DNA from: Tubiluchus corallicola
Taxonomy: Eukaryota > Animalia > Priapulida
Assembly (NCBI GenBank): GCA_030141605.1
Contig: JAQGDQ010000601.1
Location: 1 to 64,000 of the forward strand
Reading direction: 5' to 3'
DNA length: 64,000 bases
Shown: positions 50,659 through 63,088 of the stretch, piece by piece
Layout: every line of letters begins with the position of its first letter
Position numbering within the stretch: position 1 is the first letter of the stretch
Notes under the pieces: generated by a model
Told to the model about the DNA's origin: nothing
Database searches by the model: none
What the model saw: only the letters and a program-made list of their open reading frames with translations
Program-made: the position numbers and the translations under genes

Positions 50659-52080
50659 ATGACACCGCTGTCAGTGCAAATAACTGCAGGATTACTTTTG
50701 ATCCAATGGATTGTTCCATTGCCATTAGCACTGATGACTAATTCATGCTTGAGAACCACACTGCTCTTAGATTTGAATCTTGTGAACACAACTAACCAGT
50801 GGTGTTTCTGTCACAGCAAAACAGGAAATTATTCTCTTGATGGAGTGCACCTTCGTGCAGCATTATGGAAAGAAGACCTTGAAACCGAGTCTCTTGTGTT
50901 GCCATTACTGAAAATCATCAGTGAATGTGTGAATTTCACTTATACTGTAAAGTACTTTACATATGCTGATGGTAGCTACGAAAAAATAGCAAGATTGGGT
51001 AAGGCTGACTTAATGTTACCACTTCTAACATGGAGTAGAGAGCGAAGTGTCCATCTTACTTATCTGCACATGTTCTGGAATTCACCAATATCAGTTGCCC
51101 TTACACGAGAAGACGTTTCATCTACAGACAAACCACTGGTCAGCCCTTTTGCAAAATCCGTTTGGATAGCCCTGATAACTTACAGTATTTTAGCTAGTGT
51201 AATTGTGCACATGGAAGAAAAGATAGTTTTGCAATTCCAGGATGGTCATGCACCAAGTTTGGGGTACTTAATTTGGTACACAGCTGCTGCATTTTTGCAA
51301 AAAGGTGGCGGACATTTACCAAGATATGTATCAGCTCGTCTGTTGTTGATGTTTTGGTGGATGTTTGCTATAGTCATCACAGCAATATTCACCGGAACAT
51401 TAATTGGCACTCTTTTTCTTACCACAGACCGATACCCGTTTATGACACTTGCAGATCTAGCATCCAGTAGTTACACACCAGCTGTTGTGAAACATTGGGC
51501 CATAACAGACATGTTACGCAGCAGTTTGCCTAACTCCAGTTTTAGATTACTCTGGAGAAAAGTAGAAGCAGATCTTCTTGTACCAGTTTCTACTGAGCAA
51601 GAAGGCCTGGATCTCACCGCTACCGGAAAATACGTTTTTATGGCAACAGCAAATTATCTGAAACTTTTAATCATGAACGATTATCGAACGCATGGTGTGT
51701 GTCGGTTTACACTCGCACCTTTTCAACTAAACAACGTTTACTCAGGTTGGACAGTACCTAAAGGAAGCCCTCATACAGAAGCACTGAATTATGGACTTTC
51801 ACAACTTGCACAAAGTGGCATTCTTGAAATGTCTATAAATAATTATATGACACAGGATGGTTATCACTGTTTACATCAAGAACAGTCTGTTGAATCACAT
51901 AGGTTGGGTTTAGTGCATGTAAGTTCTGTGTTTTTAATCCTGGCAGTTGGCATACTGACAGGGATATGTTTAATCATAGCTGAAAAAGTTTGGTTTGGTG
52001 TTCGTAAAAGAAACGAACATGTTAAATCTGAATCAAAGTACAAAGTTAACTTGTTTGAGCAAAATGCAGCAAAAGTTTAG
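50659..52080 (+). CDS. Ionotropic receptor/variant iGluR (IR-A), intronless, no ATD
   Basis: Signal peptide; S1 NFTY..ADL..ERS; SPF..VW before M1; LQKG pore; SARLL..WW.F, FTGTL; PKGSP in S2; final TM and AEK. Confidence 0.9.
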   Translation: MTPLSVQITAGLLLIQWIVPLPLALMTNSCLRTTLLLDLNLVNTTNQWCFCHSKTGNYSLDGVHLRAALWKEDLETESLVLPLLKIISECVNFTYTVKYFTYADGSYEKIARLGKADLMLPLLTWSRERSVHLTYLHMFWNSPISVALTREDVSSTDKPLVSPFAKSVWIALITYSILASVIVHMEEKIVLQFQDGHAPSLGYLIWYTAAAFLQKGGGHLPRYVSARLLLMFWWMFAIVITAIFTGTLIGTLFLTTDRYPFMTLADLASSSYTPAVVKHWAITDMLRSSLPNSSFRLLWRKVEADLLVPVSTEQEGLDLTATGKYVFMATANYLKLLIMNDYRTHGVCRFTLAPFQLNNVYSGWTVPKGSPHTEALNYGLSQLAQSGILEMSINNYMTQDGYHCLHQEQSVESHRLGLVHVSSVFLILAVGILTGICLIIAEKVWFGVRKRNEHVKSESKYKVNLFEQNAAKV

Positions 52081-53522
52081 TTAGTTGCACATTTACAATG
52101 CCTTGTTTTGCCTCCTATATTGTTATTATAGTCTCACAAATGTAAAACATTTTCGTAAAATAATGAAACCGTATAATTACTAGATATGCAGTATCATGGA
52201 ATTTCCACAAAATCTTTTCATTCTGCAAACAGACGTCAATATTATACATTTTGTCTAAGGGTTTTCACAAATGTTTTGATATGGTTTGCCTAAAGGGGAA
52301 GATATGATCTGATATGTTAACTAGCTCCATTTGTTTTGTTTTATTAATCTGAAAAAGAAAAGAGAACTTTAAAGTATAGCCCAGAAAAATTTCTGTACAA
52401 ACTTATTTTCCAGATCTGTTTGAAAGACTTACACAATTGGAAAAGTTCCTATTAATTCAAAATGTTTGCACCACCTGGTAAAACTGCACTGGATCACCAT
52501 CCCAGTTTGCACCACTGTTTCGCCAAAAAAGACATTGATCTGACAATTCAAAATAATCTAAACTTTTGCTTAGTTAGCACACAGTGAGCTATCTCTGTTA
52601 ATTTTTTCAACGTTTACACAATGCCATCTAAACTTGTTTCAAATGATTTACCATTGAAATGGCCTAACTGTTATAGCAGGAGTTTAAATTTACAAGTTGT
52701 ATACGGTGTTATTGCTAATGCAAACCCTGCATGCATTAAGACAGCATGTAAGTGATGCAAAATTTCAAACCGAATTTTTAAACTTTATATATGTGGATGA
52801 TTTTAGGTGCTTTAATATACATAATTCACTATTAAGCTGCTACTAACCAGTACTTTATATATATCATTAGATCAGCTGGTGCCTGATCATAATTAGGAGG
52901 AACAAAAGTTCCTTTAGCAAAACTAAATACATACTTTGTGCAGGTTTTAAAACAACAAAGCTCAAAACTTAGTTATTCAGTGTTGCTGCACAGTATTATG
53001 CAAACAAATTTACGTAGACAAATGTTTTACCCCATCAAATTTGTTTCTCTAATGTTTACTTATCAACAAAACAGTTACTCAGCGTACTACTAATAAAGTC
53101 CACTACAACGGCTGACTACAAGGCCCGACAAAGATAAACAAAACAAACATAAATGGACAGGTTAGATGAGCTAATGAATGGCATAGATGTCATGTGTGTC
53201 AACAAAAACCTTTTAAGCGTGGCCAATAAACAACATGCTATTCATCTAAAACAACCTTTACAAAACCTTGCATGAACACGCTATTAAACTAACACCAGGG
53301 AAATGTATGCTAATAACATAGCGAGTGTGCAATCACGTTACAAAGTGTGTGCTCCGAAAAAGGAAGTCTGCATTCAACAAATGGATATTTGCAATAATAA
53401 TTGTTCACTCTGGGCTGAAATGAAAATATTAGGTTGGTTAATGCATGACTGCATCATCTGAAATTGTGCAAGATGGGACAAAAAGTGTCCAATTACAGAA
53501 GATGTATCTGCCAGATAATGCA

Positions 53523-54926
53523 ATGAACCACTACTTGATTCTAGTGACTGCTGCTTTTTTGACTTCTGTGGATATAAAGGAATGTTCTGCGAGCAGCAAT
53601 GTTCACACACGTAGACCAAAGTCAGAGATATTTTACCATTCCAGTGATTGTTACAAAACAGGTGGATCAAAACATGAAGACACCAATAAACAAATATGCT
53701 CGACTCGCAAGGGGGGTCAGTTTGTGCACTCGCTGAACGGAACCCACCTTCGAGTATCAATGTTTGAAGATGAACGGATAATGGAACCGCTGATGTTATC
53801 ATTACTGAATGACCTCAGCATAAGCGCAAATTTCACTTACAGCTTCAATTACTTCTCACTGAAAAACTACAGTTATGAGGATGTTCTAAAACAAGGCATG
53901 ACAGATCTGTTGATGGTGCCACTGACGCACAATGCTAAGCGAAGCGAATCTTTTACCTTCCTTCACGTCTTTTGGAGTTCGTCCCAGATGGTGATATCCA
54001 AAAGGGAGGAAGACAGCATAGATGCATCGTTGCTGTCTCCATTTGTGAACACAGTTTGGATAGCAGTGGTAATATGCTGTGTAATCACTGGCGTAGTTAT
54101 ACACATGGAAGAAAAGTTATGCAAACTTCACAAACAAGAACGTGTATCAAGTGCAGGATACTTTACAAGGTACACCCTTGCATCACTTTTACAAAAAGAC
54201 GGCACCTCTTTACCGACCAGAATCTCATCCCGCATGTTGATGTCTCTGTGGTGGATGTTTGCTATAGTAATCACAGGAATGTACATGGGAACTTTAGTCG
54301 GAAGTTTGTTTCTCACCAAGCATAGTTATCCCGTCACATCGGTCAACGATCTGATAATGGGGCCGTATGTACCAGCTGTAGTGCAGCACTGGGGCTTTAC
54401 AGAAACGCTACGCAACAGACCACCAGATTCTAACCTTGGGAAAATATGGAGGAACATTGAATTGGATGAAAAGCTTCCAGTATATTCTGCAAATGATGGC
54501 CTTGAATTAACTTATACTGACAAGTACGTTTTTACAGCTACAAGAAATTTCCTGAAGCTGCTACTGATGAATGATTTCCAGAAATTTAATGTTTGCCGTT
54601 TCATGGTTATGCCCTTTCGAATGACCTCCGTCTCCGAAATTCATTCGAGTTGGGCGGTACCAAAAGAGAGTCCATATACAGATGCACTAAACTATGGACT
54701 GGCAGCACTTTCACAAAGCGGCATTCTCAAAGCTGCGATAGACAAGTTCTTTCAAAAAGATGGAGATCATTGTTTTTCAATGCAAGAGCAATCGGTTCAG
54801 TCACGCCCTTTGCACCTTCATCATCTACATCCAGTGTTTCTTGTTCTGATATTTGGAATAGTATTTGCAGTTTGTGTAACATTGATTGAATGCATATGGT
54901 TTCACATGGTTCAAAACCCAGACTAA
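53523..54926 (+). CDS. Ionotropic receptor/variant iGluR (IR-B), intronless, no ATD; in-frame upstream ATGs from 53445
   Basis: Clear paralogue of IR-A; the hydrophobic leader follows ATG 53523. Confidence 0.88.
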   Translation: MNHYLILVTAAFLTSVDIKECSASSNVHTRRPKSEIFYHSSDCYKTGGSKHEDTNKQICSTRKGGQFVHSLNGTHLRVSMFEDERIMEPLMLSLLNDLSISANFTYSFNYFSLKNYSYEDVLKQGMTDLLMVPLTHNAKRSESFTFLHVFWSSSQMVISKREEDSIDASLLSPFVNTVWIAVVICCVITGVVIHMEEKLCKLHKQERVSSAGYFTRYTLASLLQKDGTSLPTRISSRMLMSLWWMFAIVITGMYMGTLVGSLFLTKHSYPVTSVNDLIMGPYVPAVVQHWGFTETLRNRPPDSNLGKIWRNIELDEKLPVYSANDGLELTYTDKYVFTATRNFLKLLLMNDFQKFNVCRFMVMPFRMTSVSEIHSSWAVPKESPYTDALNYGLAALSQSGILKAAIDKFFQKDGDHCFSMQEQSVQSRPLHLHHLHPVFLVLIFGIVFAVCVTLIECIWFHMVQNPD

Positions 54927-55007
54927 TGCCCAGCCCACACCGCTCTTCAAAATACTGATAGTCAAAAGACCGACATTCAAATAAATGGTATTCAAAACAC
55001 TGAACTA

Positions 55008-55514
55008 TAGTAAGCTACGCATAACTCGAACACATCCGGAACTGAAAATTTGTCTGAGTTATGTGAAAGTACGAGTTAGATGATGTTCATAAGAAAACAA
55101 GATTGAGTCGCACATCAACGTCAGACAAGGCACTAACAATGCTACAGCCTATGAGAAAGACATAGTCTGAGTAGGCTGGTTAAGGGGATTTGGCAATATT
55201 AATATTGTGATTTATAAACCACGTTCATTCAGCCGTTTTGTGCTCAACATTCTGTTAAGATAACACAAGAACTTATCAGTTAAAATCGTAATGTGATGCA
55301 TTCTTTTGTGTAGGATTTCTCCCTTGAGAGGCTGTTCAAGATAGGCAGGGTAAAATTTCAGTTAGATTTTTATAAATTGTACTGGGAATTCAGTTTGAGT
55401 TACGCAACATTTTGAGTTATACGGTGTTTGGTGAAGGGAAAAACTTTCCACGAGATCTGTTCAAGATACACAAGAAATCGAGTTATACCAGATCGAGTTA
55501 TACGTAATTTACTG
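55008..55514. mobile_element. pogo/Tigger-like MITE; fragments at ~9240-9500 and 61575-61768 (reverse)
   Basis: TIR .agtaa..tacg.ataactcga, TA flanks. Confidence 0.8.
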
Positions 55515-56259
55515 TATGTCCACATGATTAGAGTTTACTAACTGTTAAATTATTTGTTGAATGGCTGTTCCGTTCATGCCTCATACGTCCTAAATGGTGC
55601 CACACAACAAAGAATACAGAAAAACTGCTGCTGTTACATATATCACACACCTGGCATATTATTATACAGTTAGACTGGAACCCAGAAATTTGTGAAAAAT
55701 ACTATACAGGAATGATGACAATGATAACAGTGATGTTATCTTTTTAAAAAAAACAACTTAACACCAATTATTGCAATCAACAGTACATTTCACGAAATAA
55801 TGTAGATGCGGAAATGCATCTCAAAATAATCTTTGCTCAATATATACAGTAATACTTGATTTAATAAGGCCATGCTATTCAAATATCCTGTTTACTCCCC
55901 TAATTCGGATAATTTATTTTCTTGCAATAAATGATCCATAGGCATGAATTTATTATGAAGTTTATTATGGTTAACTACAACCAAATGATTACTCAGAACT
56001 TTCAACTTTTACTACAAGGCGCATGATACCATGACTTGAAGTGCTGGGAACATAACTGTAATGCAAGGATTTTTATAATTACAGCATGAATACACTGAGC
56101 AACTGTTGTGCTTGATGTTATTGTGGCCCATATAGAATACGAAATGCATTGCATTGTATCTTCTTTTGGAAAGGAAGGAAGGCATGACACACAAAAAACG
56201 CCATGTCGAAAGTTGACCTTTTTGACCATTGTGCAATGTGGGGCTTAAGGGGGACAAAA

Positions 56260-56478
56260 TGTAACAAGGCGCTTCTGCAATTGAATCATATCCAGAGCGC
56301 ACATATATAAGTCAGCCTCTCCCAAGTAGTTGGCTAGTTAGCTAGTTAATCGCCATGTAGATTCTGGAAGCGATACCACTATTATAATCTCCTTGTACGT
56401 ACGTGTATACAGTTATAAATATGTACTTGCTTAATAAATGCAATGTATTACCTATACGTTTCTGCGGCCTTCATTACA
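56260..56478 (+). mobile_element. LTR remnant (3' LTR with polypurine tract)
   Basis: ttaagggggacaaaa precedes TGTAA...TTACA; internal tatataa and aataaa; no TSD seen. Confidence 0.55.
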
Positions 56479-56950
56479 TTATTGTGATCACTTATGAGAT
56501 AGCTCAGGTCTCAGTAATGTCTTTTAGAACTAGAAGGGGTTATTCTATTCAGAAAAGGGAAGGGATGTAGTATATGGATGTAGTTTGTGCGGGGTGCCTC
56601 AGTATGGAGTGCCTGTACCAAGAATATGAACAACTAGCAAAGGCCCCGCAAAAAATTTTGCTTATAAATACACTTATAATCAAAAATGTGCGAACATTCT
56701 ACCTAGTGTTTGTCTGTTTATCTAACGCAAAGCCAGTAGCAGCTTTTACTGAATTAAAGCTATAAGGTTATAGACAGAGTATAATGGATGACGTTAGAAC
56801 AATGGCTTTGCGTCAGCAGTTTTCCAAGCGAAAATTGCCGAAAATAGAACATGTAATTAACTCGTCGTCGCTCCTCTTGGTGGGCCTGTCCTAACATATA
56901 GCCCACATCATCGTATAGCCCTGTTATTCCTCTTTCTAAAGAGCCATACA

Positions 56951-57443
56951 TCTCCTTCCGAGGGTCCCACCAGGCGCCACTAGAACGTTATTTCCGCATG
57001 CTGTTTGGTCAAAATTTCGAAAAATCGCTAGTTGGGTCCGGGAAAACGCCCGTTGCGGGACGCCGTGGCCCTCTCGCAAATTTTAAATATGTCTATGACA
57101 CCCACCGCCGAATGGACTATCTATCCATAGCCAGCACCACCATCGGCCCGTTCCCGTTCTTCAGATCTCAGGCGTATAACTTTTACAAAAAACGGCCGAA
57201 AAATGGCCATCATTTTTGGAGGTTTTTCGCCCCTCGTTCCTCGCGGTGGGCCCGATTCGAAAAATAAACCCCCAATGGCACGACACTAGATCGAGACCTT
57301 TCGTTTGATGTATAGATCGCCGCAAATGGTGCCGTCGTCCGAGCTGTAGCCTCGAATCTTATATACAGGACGAGAAGCCTAATTAAACACCAGAAAGGTG
57401 TGGCAGACAAAACTAACATGTAGATTCACACCTGGTGAATTAG
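56951..57443 (+). mobile_element. GC-rich non-autonomous element, Helitron-like; truncated direct copy at 59499-59682
   Basis: A|TC start, 3' hairpin ttcac..gtgaa then TTAG|T; first ~180 bp repeated downstream; class tentative. Confidence 0.6.
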
Positions 57444-57612
57444 TGCACACACTATTGTGATTAATGCAAATATATGACAAAGTACATGTAACACATTGGC
57501 ATTGTAGTATAAGTGGTCAGCTGAAAACATTTTCATCTTCGCTGCATAGCCATATTATGACTGTATAATGTGAATCAGCTAAAGTTTATCATTCGATTTT
57601 CCAAAGCAAAAA

Positions 57613-58994
57613 ATGTTATTTGCATCATTTCTCAAAACGTGTGCCATTGTTTTTTATTTCCTTGAATGTTTTTGCATCAAAGAACGTTGTGTAAAACTAA
57701 AACAAGGACTGAAAATTGCAACAGTTTGTATAACCAGTACAATTTAGGTGCGTTTTATGGTAAAAACTCCAGAACACTCGGTTATTCACTCCACGGAGAG
57801 TTGCTTCGAGTGGGAGCATGGAGAGGCGATCCGATGAAGCCATATTTAGATCAACTGCTTCCGATGCTCAGCCAAGCAGCAAACTTCACGTACAAGGTGA
57901 CATACATCAAATATTTGGAAACTCAAAAAAATGCAATTGACACAGGAGAATTCGACTTGTTTTTGGGATTAACTGCAATGATGCCAGAAAGAGCAAAAAG
58001 TATGACGTTTCTTCACCCTCTTGCTCATAGTTCTCATGTATTTATCACAAAAAGACATCGATTACAAGGTTTTAGTATAATAGACCCATTCACCACACTC
58101 GTGTGGTTGCTTCTGCTATTATATGGCATAGTAGTGGGTACAATACTTTACTATATTGACTACAGCAAAAACCTGCCGTACAACGAGGAAGGGATTACGA
58201 AATGCAGCAACTGCCAGAGAACACTGGAAAAACCAGTGATAAAGAATGAAAGCAAGGTGTACTTTACTCGGTTCACACTATCGTCATACATCCAACAAGG
58301 TGTAACATATTTACCAAAATGTTTATCTGCTAGGTTGCTTATTGGATGGTGGTGGATTTTTGCTTGCATCATCACAGCCATGTACACGGGCACACTGGTT
58401 AGTAAATTATGTGTAAGCAAGCAAGTTTATCCATTCTCTACATTGCAAGAGTTGATAGACAGCAATACAATTCCTGTTACACTAGGTCAGTTCAGCGCCA
58501 CCACGCAAATGAAAAACAGACCAGAATTTACACAACTGTGGCAGAGAATGAAAGCGGATCCTAATGTACCTGCTAACAATGAAGAAGCAGCATTAGAGCT
58601 GACAGCTACTGGAAAATACACTTTCTTTGAAGAAGAGACTTATGCAAAGCTCGAGTTAATAAAGGATTATGAATTACACGGAAAATGTAGATTTTCTGTT
58701 TCCCCGTTTTTGGGATTTTCGACACCATTAGCATTAGTTGTACCAAAGAAAAGTAACTACACAGAAGCCCTAAATTTTGCTCTTGCTACATTAAAAGAAC
58801 ACGGTCTTGTGGACAAACTGCTACAAAAGTTACTGCAACCTTCGGAAAAATGTTTAGACCACCCTGTTCAGCATGTAGGCACGTTATCAATTAATGTGGA
58901 ACAACTTAATGTAGTTTTTTGGGTGTTGATGTCTGGAATCGGTGTAGCATTGTTTACATTTATTAGCGAGCTTGCTTACAAGAAGTTTATGTGA
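57613..58994 (+). CDS. Ionotropic receptor/variant iGluR (IR-C); main ORF 57666..58994, signal-peptide-like ATG 57613 out of frame
   Basis: ANFTY, PERA, DPF..VW, IQQG, SARLL..WW, YTGTL; see the frameshift finding. Confidence 0.85.
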
Positions 58995-59789
58995 AAAGCA
59001 ACAGATATTGTACTAACTCTACAATATCCAATCATTTCCCCTTTTCAAGGTCATCAATAACTGCTGCTTGGTGGCTGATCTTAAACAGTTTTCTTATCTA
59101 ATGATGGAAGTACATGTGCAGCTAAAAATGAAGTGTGCCATGCAGTTCAGCAATATGATAGCAACTGCACCACCGAAGCACCTGTTTTCAGAATTGGCGC
59201 ATTTTCAACCATTTTTAACTCTTTAGTTCACTTGTGCACTAAAAATGGAATATTTCCTCTATTATTTTTTAATCTATTATTTTACTCTATTTGACCAACC
59301 TGGCTACCCGGTTTTTGAAATTCGCATGCATTTGCACAACTAATTTGTCAAAGTCGACTGACTGATAAATTATGTTTTCAATTTACGTTTAAAATTAAAA
59401 TAATTAATCAACTCACATTTTTATTATGCTTTGAGATTTGTGAACTCACTGTAAAACTTTTTATTGTGTTTTAAATTTAAATATAATATAATATATATCT
59501 CCTTACGAGAGTCCCACCAGGCGCCACTAGAACGGTTTTTCTCCAGGCTGTTTGACCAAAATTTCGAAAAAATCGCGAGTTGGGTCCGGGAAAACGCCCG
59601 CTACGGGGCACCGTGGCCCTCTCGCAAATTCTAAATACGCCTATGATACCCACCACTGAACGGGCTATCTATCCATGGCTAGAATACCCCAGTTCTGAAA
59701 CCCCGATGGTATAGGATGTGCCTAGTAACCTGATGACCCCATCATGGTGACCCCGTTCCCAAACACCCCTTATTTTTAGACGTGTATAT

Positions 59790-59998
59790 TAAATTATCTC
59801 GTCCGTAATCTGTTGCTATCATGTAGCCAATCCAGCTTCATTCCAGGTGACTCTACTGTAAACGAATTGTTATATATGGTACATACAATTTGTGAAGCAC
59901 AAGGTTCTGGTTTGGAAGCAAGATATAATTGTTTTGGACATTTTCAAAGCGTTCAGTTTGGCATAAGGGGTTTATTACAAAACGAAAGGCAAATGGCT
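59790..59998 (+). mobile_element. CR1/L2-clade LINE reverse-transcriptase fragment, frameshifted
   Basis: QSSFIPGDSTVNEL...I.EA...G.E.R / LDIFKAF / WHKGLL, matching Q.GF.PG.ST..QL and LD.SKAFD.VWH.GLL. Confidence 0.8.
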
Positions 59999-61764
59999 TC
60001 ATTTTGGCAATTTAAAATACACACATCACAAACCTACAAAAGTTAGTATAATATAAAGAGTATATATACATTAACAGAGACTGTTTGATTTTAATTAGCA
60101 AGAAAAACGGGCCTTGAATTAATTAAATACATGTTCACTGGTATAGGGAGATAGTATTTGCTGTAGATGGCAAGAGATGGTATCTACCAGCTTTTGAGTT
60201 ACAAGGTTTGCACAAAACGTTAGTTTTGGATCAAAGCACTGATTGGAGCAGATTTTATGATAGACCCCATAAAGAGAGAAGCTACGATGATGACGAGACA
60301 CTATGATGGCCACGCCGGTAAATTGGCTACTAATCCATTTCTTAAAGTCTGTGATATTAAGCAATTATATTAAGAATATATTATTATATTAAGAAACAAA
60401 GTATTTACGAAGCCAGACTTGACTATAAAACAATCACTAAATCACACTGGTATCACCAGGGGCGTAGCCAGGTTCTAAAGTTAAGGGGAGCAAGCACATA
60501 AAAAAAGCGTGATGACACATACCAAACAATTTTCAATGCATTGATTATGTATTTTAATTTTGTGTTTAAAATCAAAACACGAGAAAGATACAGTTTTAAA
60601 GGAACTACATAATTGTTAGTGTTATATCTATATATGTTTGTAGTACAGATTTCTCTCACTTGCATAAATCAGTAGAATAATGTACTTTTTGGATTTTAAA
60701 ACAGCGGAGCAGCTTATTCATGCTTTTGTAACTTCACATGTTGATAACTGCAGTTCACTTGCCTATGGAATACCAGACGGCTACATTCAGAAACTTGAGA
60801 GTCCAAATTAAAAATGCTTCAGCTTGCATAAGCCCCCATAGTTAGCAAATTCTGTCATACAACACCGATTCTAAGGAAATTACATTGGCTTCTTTCTGGT
60901 CTGTGAAGAATTAAATTTAAAATTCTTCTAATTGCAAATGTATGAATGGGCTTGCACCAATTACTGCACCAGTATTTAACTCAACTTTTACAAACTTATG
61001 CACCATCCCACCAACTAAGTGATCTGATACTAATACTCTAGTACAACCTAACCTTTCCGCAGGTGGGAGATAAATCTTTTTTCATCTGTTTATGGAATGC
61101 GTTTTTGAATGTCAAATTAAAACATTTTCGTTATATGAAACTTTTTAACTTTTTGTTATTTGATTTTGTGCTAGTATAACCCAAGTAGGCCTAAGTGTTT
61201 ATGCATAATTCCATAACTTTTATATTTGATTCACAGACTTGTTTGTAAATTTTAAATGTTTTGCACACCGAAGAGCCTTTTTATACATATCTGAGGCAAC
61301 AAAATTATTTATTTTTATTTATTTGAAACCAAATTTTATCAAAAGTAAGGAAATTTGAAAAGACCGAATGTGGACCTGGCCTTACATACCAATACACTGC
61401 AGTTTGGACTGCAAATAAAAGTTAAACAAAAGGTGTATTTAAGGTAATGTTCTTTGTGTTTTTTCTCTCCAAAACAGAGTTATAAAAAAATTCTCTTCTG
61501 CAATCTGACATTTTCACTGTTTTGATTTTTCCATTATTAGTTTTCAAGCTTGAAATTAAAATTGTAGACAGTTACAGTAAACTACGTACAACACGAATTC
61601 TTGTGTACCTCGAACAGATCTTGTGGAACGGCTATTTTCTTTTGTTTTTCTCTTTAACAAACATCGTGTAACTCGAAATCTGTAACTTGAATTATCGCTA
61701 AACTCGAACCGAATCCCCGATAGAATTATTAAGAATCTGATTGAAATTACAATGCTTATCTCGA

Positions 61765-62407
61765 GCAGATCTAGCATCCAGTAGTTACACACCAGCTGTT
61801 GCGAAACATTGGCCTTGGCAGACATGTTACGCAGCAGTTTGCCTAACTCCAGTTTTAGACTACTTTGGAGAAAAGTAGAAGCAGATCTTCTTGTACCAGT
61901 TTCTACTGAGCAAGAAGGCCTGGATCGCACCGCTACCGGAAAATACGTCTTTGTGGCAACAGCAAATTATCTGAAACTTTTAATTATGCACGATTATCGA
62001 ACGCATGGTGTGTGCCGGTTTACACTCGCACCTTTTCAACTAAACAACGTCTACTCAGGTTGGACCGTACCTAAAAGAAGCCCTCATACAGAAGCACTGA
62101 ATTATGGACTTTCACAACTTGCACAAAGTGGCATTCTTGAAATGTCTATAAATAATTATATGACGCAGAATGGTTATCACTGTTTACATCAAGAACAGTC
62201 TGTTGAATCACATAGGTTGGGTTTAGTGCATGTAGGTTCTGTGTTTTTAATCGTGGCAGTTGGCATACTGACAGGGATATGTTTAATAATAGCTGAAAAA
62301 GTTTGGTTTGGTGTTCGTAAAAGAAACCGAACATGTTAAATCTGAATCAAAGTACAAAGTTATAACCAAAGTTTAACTTGTCTGAGCAAAATGCAGCAAA
62401 AGTTTAG
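61765..62407 (+). pseudogene. 5'-truncated, frameshifted duplicate of IR-A
   Basis: Near-identical to 51451..52080; 1-nt deletion near 61812, 1-nt insertion near 62327, small insertion near 62361; no S1, M1 or pore. Confidence 0.9.
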
Positions 62408-62602
62408 TTAGTTGCACATTTACAATGCCTTGTTTTGCCTCCTATATTGTTATTATAGTCTCACAAATGTAAAACATTTTGTCTAAGGGTTTTCACAAAT
62501 GTTTTGATATGGTTTGCCTAAAGGGGAAGATATGATCTGATATGTTAACTAGCTCCATTTGTTTTGTTTTGTTAATCTGAAAAAGAAAAGAGAACTTTAA
62601 AG

Positions 62603-63088
62603 CAGGGGTGTGCAAATTATCTGACTAGCCGGGTGTGAAACTTTCCCACAATTCCTGCGGGCCACAGGCAGTTTGATCAAGGAGCCAAGTACAGAAAGGC
62701 CTAATAATAATTTTTTTTGCATCCGAGCTGCGTACATCATTGCTACTGCACTACTACACTCAAGAAACTATTTTAGAAGTTATTAAAATTTATATACAAA
62801 CCATATATTTCTACTTTCAGGACAGATAGTGGTAATTTCATTACAATGCATATTAGTAATGTTTATCACACGGTCTGTGTAGTACAGTGACATTAAGCTA
62901 CAACCGTCTTGTAAGGGTTAATGGCATCCGATCTAGTAGAAAAAACTACCCGCACTATCTTTGGGACGTGGCACGGACTTCAGCTGGATACACTCAATTA
63001 ATCGCCCGGGCCGCACTTCCATTAGGTTGACAAATCTCTTCGTGGGCTGCACAAACTCTCTCGGCGGGCCGCAATTTGCACACCCCTG
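62603..63088. mobile_element. Non-autonomous hAT element (MITE), 486 bp
   Basis: Perfect 16-bp TIR caggggtgtgcaaatt; 8-bp TSD ctttaaag; empty site in the paralogous copy at ~52367. Confidence 0.95.

Noticed and set aside
43382-58420. Short antisense or alternative-frame ORFs overlapping CTPS, LRR and IR genes
   Set aside because: Shadow ORFs with no recognisable motifs
61809-62339. Functional 176-aa IR
   Set aside because: TTG start created by a frameshift; lacks signal peptide, S1 and pore
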